NCBI GenBank assembly: GCA_022844165.1
Contig: JALHMH010000003.1
Span: 96,001 to 160,000 of the forward strand
Length of the DNA stretch: 64,000 bases
Origin: Lysobacterales bacterium
GTDB taxonomy: Bacteria > Pseudomonadota > Gammaproteobacteria > Xanthomonadales > SZUA-5
Direction: 5' to 3'
How positions within the stretch are numbered: position 1 is the first letter of the stretch; each line of letters opens with the position of its first letter. The notes below the pieces were generated by a model, which saw only the letters and a program-made list of their open reading frames with translations, was not told the origin of the DNA and did not search any database. Shown piece after piece: positions 50,385-59,700 of the stretch. The position numbers were made by a program, and so were the translations under genes.

Positions 50385-51737
50385 TTACCGCAGCACCAGC
50401 TCCGGCCAAACTGCAAGGAGTACCAACATCGACAATTGAATGACGATGAACGGCACGACGCCTCGATAAATGGCGCCGGTCGAAAGCTCTGCTGGTGCGA
50501 CGCCGCGCAGGTAAAACAGCGCGAAACCAAAGGGCGGCGTCAGAAATGACGTTTGCAAATTCATCGCGAACAGGACGCCAAGCCAGACAGGGTCGACACC
50601 GAGCGCCAGCAACGGCGGCGCGACCAGCGGCACGACGATAAAGACGATTTCGATGAAATCGATCAAGAAGCCGAGCAGGAAAATCGTCAGGTTGACGATG
50701 ATCAGCGCACCCACCACGCCACCGGGCAAACCGGTCAGCGCTTCGTGGATGTAGTCGTCTCCGCCGTAGCCTCTGAACACCAGCGAGAACAATGTCGCCG
50801 CGATCAGAATCATGTACACCATCGACGTGATCAGCGCGGTACGTTCGGCGGTCTCGCGCACCCCGCGCCAGGACAGTTCGCCGCCGATTGCCGCCAGTAC
50901 GGTGGCGCCAACCGCACCGATGGCGGCGGCCTCGGTCGGCGTCGCGATTCCAGCCAGAATGGAACCCAATACCGCCAACACCAATGCCATTGGCGGTACC
51001 AGCGCTTGCAGCGCTTCGAGCACACTGGCATTGCCTCGCATTTCGGCCGGCAATGCCGGCGCCCGTTGCGGCTGGAGCCATGCGACGCCGATCAGATAAG
51101 CGAGGTATCCGCCGACGAGCACCAGACCTGGTAGCAATGCGCCGGCGAACAGATCGCCCACCGAAACCGACTTGGGCGAAAACAGGCCCTGATCGAGTTG
51201 CGCTTTTTGATAGGCGTTGCTGAGCACATCGCCCAGCAAAACCAGGATCACCGACGGCGGGATGATCTGACCCAGCGTGCCAGCCGAGCAGATCGTGCCC
51301 GCAGCGAGCTTCGGGTCGTAGCCAGCACGCAGCATCGTCGGTAGCGCGATCAGACCCATCGTGACCACCGTGGCGCCGACGATGCCAGTGCTGGCCGCCA
51401 GCACCGCACCAACCAACAGTACGGAAATCGCCAGGCCGCCACGCAGCGACCCGAACAAAGTGGCCATCGATGTCAACAACCGCTCGGCAATTTTCGAGCG
51501 CTCCAGCATCACGCCCATGAACACGAATAGCGGCACGGCGAGCAAGGTTTCGTTGCCCATCGTGCCGAAGAGGCGGTTCGGAAAGGCATCCAAAAAGCTC
51601 GCGTCGAAGGTGCCTGTCAGGATGCCGATGCCGGCAAAAGCGAGCGATACGCCCGCCAGCGTAAACGCTACCGGCAGGCCCAACAGCAACGCTGCAGCCA
51701 GCGCGAGAAACAACAGCAAAGGTAGAAAGGCTTGCAT
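50385..51737 (-). CDS. TRAP transporter large permease (DctM)
   Basis: LLAVPLFVFMG, GTLGQIIPPS, ATPTEAAA, QTSFLTPPFGF. Confidence 0.93.
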   Translation of the reverse strand: MQAFLPLLLFLALAAALLLGLPVAFTLAGVSLAFAGIGILTGTFDASFLDAFPNRLFGTMGNETLLAVPLFVFMGVMLERSKIAERLLTSMATLFGSLRGGLAISVLLVGAVLAASTGIVGATVVTMGLIALPTMLRAGYDPKLAAGTICSAGTLGQIIPPSVILVLLGDVLSNAYQKAQLDQGLFSPKSVSVGDLFAGALLPGLVLVGGYLAYLIGVAWLQPQRAPALPAEMRGNASVLEALQALVPPMALVLAVLGSILAGIATPTEAAAIGAVGATVLAAIGGELSWRGVRETAERTALITSMVYMILIAATLFSLVFRGYGGDDYIHEALTGLPGGVVGALIIVNLTIFLLGFLIDFIEIVFIVVPLVAPPLLALGVDPVWLGVLFAMNLQTSFLTPPFGFALFYLRGVAPAELSTGAIYRGVVPFIVIQLSMLVLLAVWPELVLR

Positions 51738-52176
51738 TGAAATACAGTCCGCCCAGGTTGAACCAAGGATCTGCGACGCGCTAACCCTTAAGGCAAGGCC
51801 GGTTGCGTCAGAAGCAAAGGATCGGACACGCCCCGCGTAAACCATAGCCCTTTTGGCAAGATCCGGCTCCGTCGAGGACGCTGGCAAGGCTACGACTGAG
51901 ATCGCGCCGTTTGAGCACAAATCAGCTCAATGGCAGTTCTTCTCAAAAGATGCCGATGCAAGATGACCATGCATCACTCCGAGTAGGGGCTGCTTGCGGG
52001 ATGACCAGTCAGATCCGCCCAGACATCGCCAGGCTGACTCCGGTCGCGAACACACACCCGATCGTGGTCAGGATAGGTCATCTGATCGAACGCTTGTCGA
52101 ACTCTCCAACCGTGCGTGATGGCGGAGCGCAACGTTCAGCGCCTGGGACAACTGACACCGTGCCAGCGACAATCCT

Positions 52177-52647
52177 TCAGGTTCGCGATTCGATGTCGAA
52201 ATGCAGAACTTCTTCGCGCGTCCCGAGATTGTCGTATAGCGCAATGGCCGGTGCGTCGCCGACGGCAGCTTGAACGTAAATGACATGAGCGCCACGCTCA
52301 ATGGCGACGGTTCTTAGCGTGGCGATCATTGCTGTAGCGATGCCGCGGCGCCGATAGGGTTCGAGTACACCCAGATCGTAAATGTATAGCTCGCTGCGAA
52401 CTTGCTCGAACTTAGGCAGCACATAGCCGGCGATGCCACCCACCATCCGACCGCCCATCGATGCAGCGACAGCGACGAAGGTATCGCGACCTAGCAGGGC
52501 GTTCAAATACGCATCGCAGGGTTGCGCCTGTTCGTAGTTCTCGGGATCCTCGAATGCGGCGCTAAAGACGCTCAACATCTCGCGCAAAAGGGGCGCATCA
52601 CCATCGCCCAAAATTGCGATTTCCAGATCGGCAGCTTCTTTGGCCAT
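52177..52647 (-). CDS. AAC(3)-I-family aminoglycoside N-acetyltransferase homolog (GNAT)
   Basis: LPKFEQVRSELYIYDL, RRRGIATA, VIYVQA, PAIALY..LG.REEVLHFDI. Confidence 0.85.
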   Translation of the reverse strand: MAKEAADLEIAILGDGDAPLLREMLSVFSAAFEDPENYEQAQPCDAYLNALLGRDTFVAVAASMGGRMVGGIAGYVLPKFEQVRSELYIYDLGVLEPYRRRGIATAMIATLRTVAIERGAHVIYVQAAVGDAPAIALYDNLGTREEVLHFDIESRT

Positions 52648-52707
52648 GGTCGAGAGTCCTGCCAGGTTTGCGAAATTCGGTTGCAGACGGTGGTCGGTGA
52701 AAGCACG

Positions 52708-53355
52708 TCAGCCGTCTTCGCAATCAGGTGCGTCGGGGTAGTACAGCGCTCGTCGCGTCGACATTTCCTGCGCGACCAGCGCCGAACGGCCGCCCTGCCG
52801 GCGCAGTTCGAAAGCCGTCCGATCAAATTCTTCTACGCACCGGTTCTGGCTCAGCTTGAACATGCACTCGATGTCGGTAGCCAGAATATCGATGCACTCG
52901 ATGCGCGGTGCCAGTGCCTGCAGGTAGTCGTCTGGCAAGCTCGAAAACCGATGCGCTGGGCTGCTCTCGAATCTGTTCTTTAGCTCCTCCAGGTGCGCCA
53001 GCAAGGTCGTCCGGTCTCTGGGTTGCACGATACCGCGCAGATGCAATGCCTGGTAGTTCCAGGTGCCACCGAATCGTGGTGTCAGCTGCCAACTCCCGAG
53101 CACCGGCGCATCGGGTCCTAGAAAACAAACGAACACATTCGGTGCATGCTGCAATGCTGCCCAATGATCGGTGTGCCGCATGACGTGGCCGCGCAGTACG
53201 ATCTGATCGCCCCACGATCTCACCAGCAACGGCAAATGTGTGGTTACGTACGCGCCGTTTGCGCCGGTCGCAATCAGAGTTGCGAACGGATGCTGCTCGA
53301 CGAATGCGCGAATCTGGGCCATATCACGGACCCGGAATGCTTCAACCGGATACAT
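52708..53355 (-). CDS. PaiB-like ('FMN-binding negative transcriptional regulator') split-barrel protein
   Basis: MY....F, HPFATL, THLP, LRGH, TWNY, FKLSQN. Confidence 0.85.
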   Translation of the reverse strand: MYPVEAFRVRDMAQIRAFVEQHPFATLIATGANGAYVTTHLPLLVRSWGDQIVLRGHVMRHTDHWAALQHAPNVFVCFLGPDAPVLGSWQLTPRFGGTWNYQALHLRGIVQPRDRTTLLAHLEELKNRFESSPAHRFSSLPDDYLQALAPRIECIDILATDIECMFKLSQNRCVEEFDRTAFELRRQGGRSALVAQEMSTRRALYYPDAPDCEDG

Positions 53356-53625
53356 AGTGTGTTCTCTCAATTTGGGCGAGACCGTTGCCAACCAGGGATG
53401 TAACCGTTCAGGACAGCCACAACCGGCAAGAGGGTGACGTGAACTACGCAAATCGCAGGAGAAAACGACACGGTGTTTTCGCTATTGGGCACGATGCCTT
53501 GAGCTGAACCTGGTGTGGTGTCGGTTGCCCTTGATGCGCCCGATCATTTCCCGCCCTTTGCCCCGAGTGCTGCGCTGCTCGTTGGCGCCCTCCGTCCGGT
53601 GCGTCGGCGCGGCCGCCGTGCCATT

Positions 53626-53651
53626 GGACATCGATGTCCGAAAATGGCGAG
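53626..53651. promoter_or_regulatory. Palindromic operator-like site upstream of the PEP-mutase/ada/ogt operon
   Basis: Perfect 14-bp palindrome GGACATCGATGTCC followed by GAAAATGGCGAG. Confidence 0.4.
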
Positions 53652-53705
53652 TGTGCTTCCTCCGATGGTGGCAGGCTATGCGCATCCCAACTCTGGAGAT
53701 CGAAC

Positions 53706-54521
53706 ATGCAACCCAGCCAACAGCAGTATGCCGACAGCTTTCGCGCGCTACATCGCAGCGGGCTGCTCATCCTCCCGAACGCCGCCGATGGGGGCAGTGC
53801 GCGAATCATCGAAGCTGCCGGAAGCGCCGCAATCGCGACCAGTAGCGCTGCGGTTGCGTGGTCGCTGGGTTATCCCGATGGAGAGGCAGTCCCGTTCGAT
53901 CGACTGCTTTCGGTCGTGCGCGATATCGTGCGCGTTATTCGCGTGCCGCTCTCGGTGGATGTCGAGAGCGGTTACGCTGCAGAGCCGCATCGTGTGGCGG
54001 CATCGGTGGTGGCGCTCATTCAAGCGGGTGCGGTTGGCATCAACGTGGAAGACGGCGCTGCCGATCCGGCGCTGCTCTGCGCCAAAATCAGCTCGATTCG
54101 CGAGGCCGCCGAACGTCAGGGCATTGCGCTCTTCATCAACGTGCGCACGGATGTCTATTTGCGCGGATTGGTGTCCAGCGATGAACGCGTCGACGAAACG
54201 CTGGCGCGCGCTGAGCGCTATCTCGAGGCGGGGGCCGATGGCCTGTTTGTACCTGCTCTGGTCGACCGCAAAGAAATTTCGCAGGTCGCGAGTGAATGCA
54301 GAATGCCGCTCAACGTCATGTGGATGCCATCCCTTCCGGATCCACAGACATTGACCGCCTTGGGCGTTCGGCGGTTGAGTGCAGGCGCAGCGATAGGCAG
54401 TCGTGTGCTCGGCATGACCGCCGCGCTCGCCGAGCGTTTTTTGAGCTGCGGCGACTTGCGTGTTTCCGAACCGCAGGAATTGCACTACGCCAGAATCGAT
54501 GGGCTGATGGATCGGACTTAA
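53706..54521 (+). CDS. Isocitrate lyase/PEP mutase family protein
   Basis: FRALH, ATSSAAVAWSLGYPDG, VDVESGY, GINVED, NVRTD, AGADGLF. Confidence 0.9.
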   Translation: MQPSQQQYADSFRALHRSGLLILPNAADGGSARIIEAAGSAAIATSSAAVAWSLGYPDGEAVPFDRLLSVVRDIVRVIRVPLSVDVESGYAAEPHRVAASVVALIQAGAVGINVEDGAADPALLCAKISSIREAAERQGIALFINVRTDVYLRGLVSSDERVDETLARAERYLEAGADGLFVPALVDRKEISQVASECRMPLNVMWMPSLPDPQTLTALGVRRLSAGAAIGSRVLGMTAALAERFLSCGDLRVSEPQELHYARIDGLMDRT

Positions 54522-54525
54522 CGCC

Positions 54526-56007
54526 ATGCCTGGTCTCTCGATTCCGCCGCCGGAGGTTTGCGATCGCGCACGCGCTGCGAAGGATCATCGTTTTGACGGC
54601 TTATTTTTTACCGCCGTTCGAAGCACCGGTATCTATTGCCGTCCGGTATGCCCGGCGCCGTCGCCGAAGCGCCAGAACATCACTTATTACGCGACCGCTT
54701 CTGCCGCGAGCGCGGCCGGGTACCGGCCTTGTTTGCGCTGCCGGCCGGAGCTGTCGCCAGAGGCGCGGCACGCGTTGCTCGAGGAACCGGTACAGCGCGC
54801 ACTGGAACTGATTGCCGAAGGCATGTTGCAAGACGGCTCCGTGGTCACGCTCGCGAGACGCGTGGGCATGAGCGCGCGTCAGTTGCAACGCCTGTTCGTC
54901 GCAAACGTTGGCGCAACGCCGCACTCCGTCCACGCTACGCGGCGCCTGTTGCTGGCAAAACAACTACTCACGGAAACGGCGTTGCCCGTGACCGACGTGG
55001 CGCTGGCCGCGGGTTACAACAGCCTGCGCCGCTTTAACACGGCGTTTTTCGCGGGCTGCGGAATGCCGCCCAGCGCCATTCGGCGGCAATGTGTCGACAT
55101 GCCCACCGGCATGTTGGTGTTGCGCTTGAGTTTCCGACCGCCGCTGGACTTCGCTGCGATGCTGGCCTTTCTGGCCAAACGCTCGATTCCTGGTATCGAA
55201 CGCGTGCACAATGGCTGCTACCAACGCGTGATGGGTCCGGCGCAAGCGTCCACCTGGATTCGTGTCAGCGCCGATCCGGAGCGCCCAGAACTGCGGCTGG
55301 CCATGACCGCAATTGAGCCGCGCGCCATCCCGGCTGTGGTTCTGCGCGTGCGTCGGATGTTCGATCTGGATGCCGATCTGCAATCGGTGCACGCCGCGTT
55401 CGAGAACGATGCGCTGCTGTCGGAGGCGATCCGGCGCCGCCCAGGACTGCGCGTGCCGTGCGCCTGGGATGGGTTCGAAACCGCCGTGCGCGCGATCCTC
55501 GGCCAACAGATCAGTGTTGCTGGCGCGACCACACTCGCGCGCCGTTTAGTGCAACGCTACGGCGAGCATCGCGAGCAGCCCGATGGTGCGCCGTTGCCTG
55601 AAGATCTGGACCGCATCTTCCCGACGCCCGAACGTCTGCGCACCGCAGATATCGAAGCCATCGGATTGCCACGCACTCGGGCGGCGTCGCTGCGCGCACT
55701 CGCGGCAGCGGTTCACGACGGCCGTCTGTCGTTCGAAGGCGGCCAGCGTGTGGAGGAGTTCATCGCACGCTGCGTTGCGCTGCCCGGCATCGGCGATTGG
55801 ACTGCGCAGTACATCGCCATGCGTGCGTTGGCGCAGCCCGATGCCTTTCCAGCCGGAGATCTTGTCCTGCAAAAGGCCCTGGGCCAGGGACAACGGCTCA
55901 GCGAACGCGGGGCAAGGCTGCGTTCGATGGCATGGCGACCGTGGCGCGCGTATGCCGTCATCCACATTTGGCAATCGACCAGTGACTTGGCGAAGGTGAC
56001 CCAATGA
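54526..56007 (+). CDS. alkA: Ada-AlkA fusion (Ada Zn domain + AraC HTH + 3-methyladenine DNA glycosylase II)
   Basis: [20 protein letters not shown], Ara[27 protein letters not shown]. Confidence 0.92.
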   Translation: MPGLSIPPPEVCDRARAAKDHRFDGLFFTAVRSTGIYCRPVCPAPSPKRQNITYYATASAASAAGYRPCLRCRPELSPEARHALLEEPVQRALELIAEGMLQDGSVVTLARRVGMSARQLQRLFVANVGATPHSVHATRRLLLAKQLLTETALPVTDVALAAGYNSLRRFNTAFFAGCGMPPSAIRRQCVDMPTGMLVLRLSFRPPLDFAAMLAFLAKRSIPGIERVHNGCYQRVMGPAQASTWIRVSADPERPELRLAMTAIEPRAIPAVVLRVRRMFDLDADLQSVHAAFENDALLSEAIRRRPGLRVPCAWDGFETAVRAILGQQISVAGATTLARRLVQRYGEHREQPDGAPLPEDLDRIFPTPERLRTADIEAIGLPRTRAASLRALAAAVHDGRLSFEGGQRVEEFIARCVALPGIGDWTAQYIAMRALAQPDAFPAGDLVLQKALGQGQRLSERGARLRSMAWRPWRAYAVIHIWQSTSDLAKVTQ

Positions 56008-56558
56008 CCTCTTACGACGTACTTCAGACGCCGATCGGCGCATTGACGATCGCCGCGGACGAACACGGCCTGCGGCATATCGAGTTTCCGAACAATCGGC
56101 ATCCTGCGCAGCGGGCGGGCTGGGTTCTCGCGCCGACAAACCCGATACTGCGCCAGGCGCGCGTGCAGCTGCTCGACTACTTTGCGGGCCGGCGCACCGG
56201 TTTTGATTTGGTCCTCCGTCCCGTGGGCACGCCGTTCCAGCTCAAAGTGTGGCAAACGCTCGCCAATATCCCGTACGGCGAAACCTGGAGCTACCGCGAT
56301 CTTGCACGGCGCGTGGGCAACCCAGCAGCGGTGCGCGCGGTCGGCGCTGCCAACGGGCGCAATCCGTTGCCGATCGTCTTGCCGTGTCATCGCGTGATCG
56401 GAGCCGACGGCACCCTCACCGGGTTTGGCGGCGGTCTCGAGACCAAAGCTGCCTTGTTACGGATGGAGGGCGCTCTGCCGGCGATACGGCCGGCAGAGGC
56501 GGACCTGTTCGCCAGCGTCCTGACAGAGTCGGATCCCACGGTCCCCATCGCGCCGTAG
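56004..56558 (+). CDS. ogt: Methylated-DNA--protein-cysteine S-methyltransferase
   Basis: [31 protein letters not shown]. Confidence 0.95.
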   Translation: MTSYDVLQTPIGALTIAADEHGLRHIEFPNNRHPAQRAGWVLAPTNPILRQARVQLLDYFAGRRTGFDLVLRPVGTPFQLKVWQTLANIPYGETWSYRDLARRVGNPAAVRAVGAANGRNPLPIVLPCHRVIGADGTLTGFGGGLETKAALLRMEGALPAIRPAEADLFASVLTESDPTVPIAP

Positions 56559-56688
56559 CGGACAAGGTTTCGACTAGTCTCCGCCAAACTCCAGCACCAG
56601 GTCTTCCTGGCAGAAGTCGAAACTCGCGGGGTCCGATTCCTCGCCATTGAGCGCAGTGCGCTCAATCGCCCCCTCAAGTCAAGGGGGC
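56559..56688. terminator. Cluster of stem-loops between convergent genes
   Basis: GTTTCGACT(56567)...AGTCGAAAC(56623); ATTGAGCGC-agt-GCGCTCAAT (56646-56666); GCCCCCT-n7-AGGGGGC (56668-56688). Confidence 0.45.
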
Positions 56689-56715
56689 CTGAACAGTCAA
56701 AGCCGCTGACTTGAC

Positions 56716-59700
56716 TCAAGGACTCTCGCGGCACAGCCCGGCAAAGGTTGTGCGTTGCAACGGTATCGTGCCGCTGCGCTGAACGCCATCAATGGTCAGC
56801 GAATACTGCGCGGTCAATGATGTGCAGTTGACGACCTCAATGGTCAGCGTGCCGACCTGGGTTCGCGTCACGGGTGGCGTGGCGGAGACGAAATCGCCGC
56901 CTCGCGTCAACGTCACTGGCAGTGTCGCGCTTGAGCCACTGACCGGGCCGATGGCGGTCAGCCACAGCGGCGGCTGTTCGACACCCGCTTCGCCAAACTC
57001 GTAGGCGTACCAGCCAACGACCAACTGCTGTCGATCGGGAAGGTACTCGATCAGCATTCCCTGGCCGTTCGTGGCGGGATTGAACCACGTGCCATTGAGG
57101 CCCACCTGGAAGCGGCCCGATGGTGCTGGTAGCGCAGCGCTTGCGCCTTGGATTCGAAACGCCTGGCACAGTGCGTCCGGCGACAAGCGCTGCAGCGCAA
57201 TTTGCCCGGTACGTGAGCCCGCACCAAGGGTCACCGAGTACTCGACACGCGCGCGCCCGCAATCGTCGAAGCGTACGCGCAGGCCACCGGCGTGGGCCAG
57301 ATTCGCATTCGCCGCATCGAATCGGCCGCGGCTTCGCGATACACTGACTTCCGCTACGCCGTTGCTCAAGGTGCCGGCGCCGGTCAACCAGACGAGATTG
57401 CTGCCAGACGACCCCGGCAGATGGGTGTACCAGGCGACGACAAGGACGTCTTGTTCGGGAATCACATCGAACTGAAATCCCTGGCCATCGACCGCGGGAT
57501 CGAACCAAAGGCCGCTCCAGCCGGGGTTGGCGCGCAGCCCGGGAGCAGACAACGAGTAACTGCCGCGACCGAGGCTCGCCGCAATCAGCCGGTTGCGCCG
57601 CTGGTCGTAGTCCAGTTCGTACACCGGTGCGTTCGGTAAACCCTCGCCCAGGCGCGTCCAATTGCGATACGCCTGTGTCGCGGGTGCGAGGTACACGCCG
57701 ACGTTAGTGCCTGCAATGAGCATATCGCCCTGCCCGGAATGGATATGCAGAAGGCTGCGCACCAGACCTGCCTCGCTGGGTAGATTTCCGGTGACGTCCT
57801 GCCAGGTAGCGCCAAAGTCGATGGTCTCCAGGATCGCCTGTCCGCCGGCGCGGGTCACGCTGCTGTCGGCGGCGATCGCGAACGCATGCTCCGCGCGCCG
57901 CCCATTGATGGTCACGGCGTGCGCGACACGTGGCGCCGTGTTGGCGCGTGCCAACGTCAACGGCGTGCCCAGGACCTGGCGCACAAAAACCCCGTCGTCG
58001 CCATCGGTGCAACTATTACCGCGACATCCAGCGACGTACAGCGCATCGACATTATTTGTCGCTCCATAGGCGATCGAAGCCGAAGAGACCACGGCACGTG
58101 CGCGAATGCCCTCGCCGATGACCTGGACGGTGTCGCCAGAGTCGAAGGACTCGAACACGCCGTTGTCGCCGCCGATGACGAGGCGATGGCCTACCGCGCG
58201 ATTGGCGGCAATCGGTGTTACGAACTGCCCGGTCACCGCATCGCCGCCGCCTACCGATTCAAGCTCGGCCAACACCACCGCGACCGGTGTCTCGCCGTTG
58301 TAGGTGCGGCGCCTGAATCCACCCAGGTTCTGCGAGCTGGTATATCCGACCGATTCACTCTGCAGATCGCGTTGCAGCGCATCGATCGCGGTATCGCCAC
58401 CATCGCCGCCACTGATTACGCGCCATAGCCGCTGGCCGATGTTGTCCTGGCGCATCGTGCCGTTGTCCTGGTTGCCCGTCATCGCAACGCCACTGAGGCC
58501 ATCGACGGCCAGGCTGTGTTGCTCGCTGACTTGCAGATCGCCGTTCAGCGTAATCCAGCGCCCGCTGCTGCTCGCCGGATTCAGGCGCGCATACACGCCG
58601 CCATCGTCGCCTTCGATCAAGCGCCCTGCCGCATCGAAAGCCATGCTGCGCGAGTCGGCGTGCGGCGAGCTGTTGTCGCCGGTACCGTTGTGCGTGAGCG
58701 GCATCCACTCGCCGCCTGAGCGATCGCGACGGAACAAGCGTCCGGTAAAGCCCCGCGCACTGATGCTGTTCGGGAAATTGCCATTGCCACCCACCGGTTG
58801 CCGATCGCCGCCGACAAAGACCCAGTTCGGATTGGCCGGATCGATCGCAACCGACAGGTGCAAGCGGCCCTGGCCACCGGGATGAATACCGATCGCCTCG
58901 CTGCCCTCCATGGTCTGCGGGATACCGAGCGACGCCCAACTGCTGCCGCCGTCGCTGCTGGCGAATACACCCTGCAAGCGGGCGTCCGAAACCGCGGCAA
59001 CGACGTTGCCGCCAACAACCGCCTGCAATCGCACCAGCTTTCCGGTGATGGCCAGCTGGGTATTCATATCTGCATTGCCGACGCGCGCCCAGGTGGCACC
59101 GTTATCGACGCTGCGGTAGATGCCGTTTGCGCTTGAGGAACTGCCGCAGCGTTCGGCGCCATCGATGTGTGCGAACAGCCTCTCCGGTGCGCTGGCATGG
59201 CTTGCCAGCGCCGTCGACAATCCACCAGGCAATCCTTGGCCAGCCCCGAGCTGCACAAAGGTGGACCCTGCGTCGAGACTGCGAAAAAGCCCATAGTCGG
59301 AACATGAGCCGCTGTTAGCGGCATTCACGGCAGCGACCACAACCTCGCCATTGGCGTGCAACCCGGAGATGTTGCGACCGGCCATATTGCTGCTCACCAC
59401 CGACCAGGTTTCGCCTGCGTCGAGTGAGCGCAACACGCCGATGCGCGCGCCACCATCGCTTCGGTAGCTGCTGAAGCGCCCGACGCCGGCAAACATGCGA
59501 CGGCTTGCTGCGTCGCTGTGGTCGTATACCAAGGCGCCGATACTGAGCGATCCCAAATGATCGGTTCTAGCGCGCCACTGCGGCGCGTCTGCCAATGCGT
59601 TCTGCGTGCGCCAGATGCCGCCATTCACCGCACCGATGGTCAACACGTTGGCATCGCCTGGGTGCGGCAACACCACGTGCACCGCGCCGGAAACAGCGTT

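Noticed and set aside
51740-52176. Possible attC site downstream of the AAC(3)-I-like gene
   Set aside because: No proper RYYYAAC...GTTRRRY pair with an internal dyad, and no integrase or cassette array
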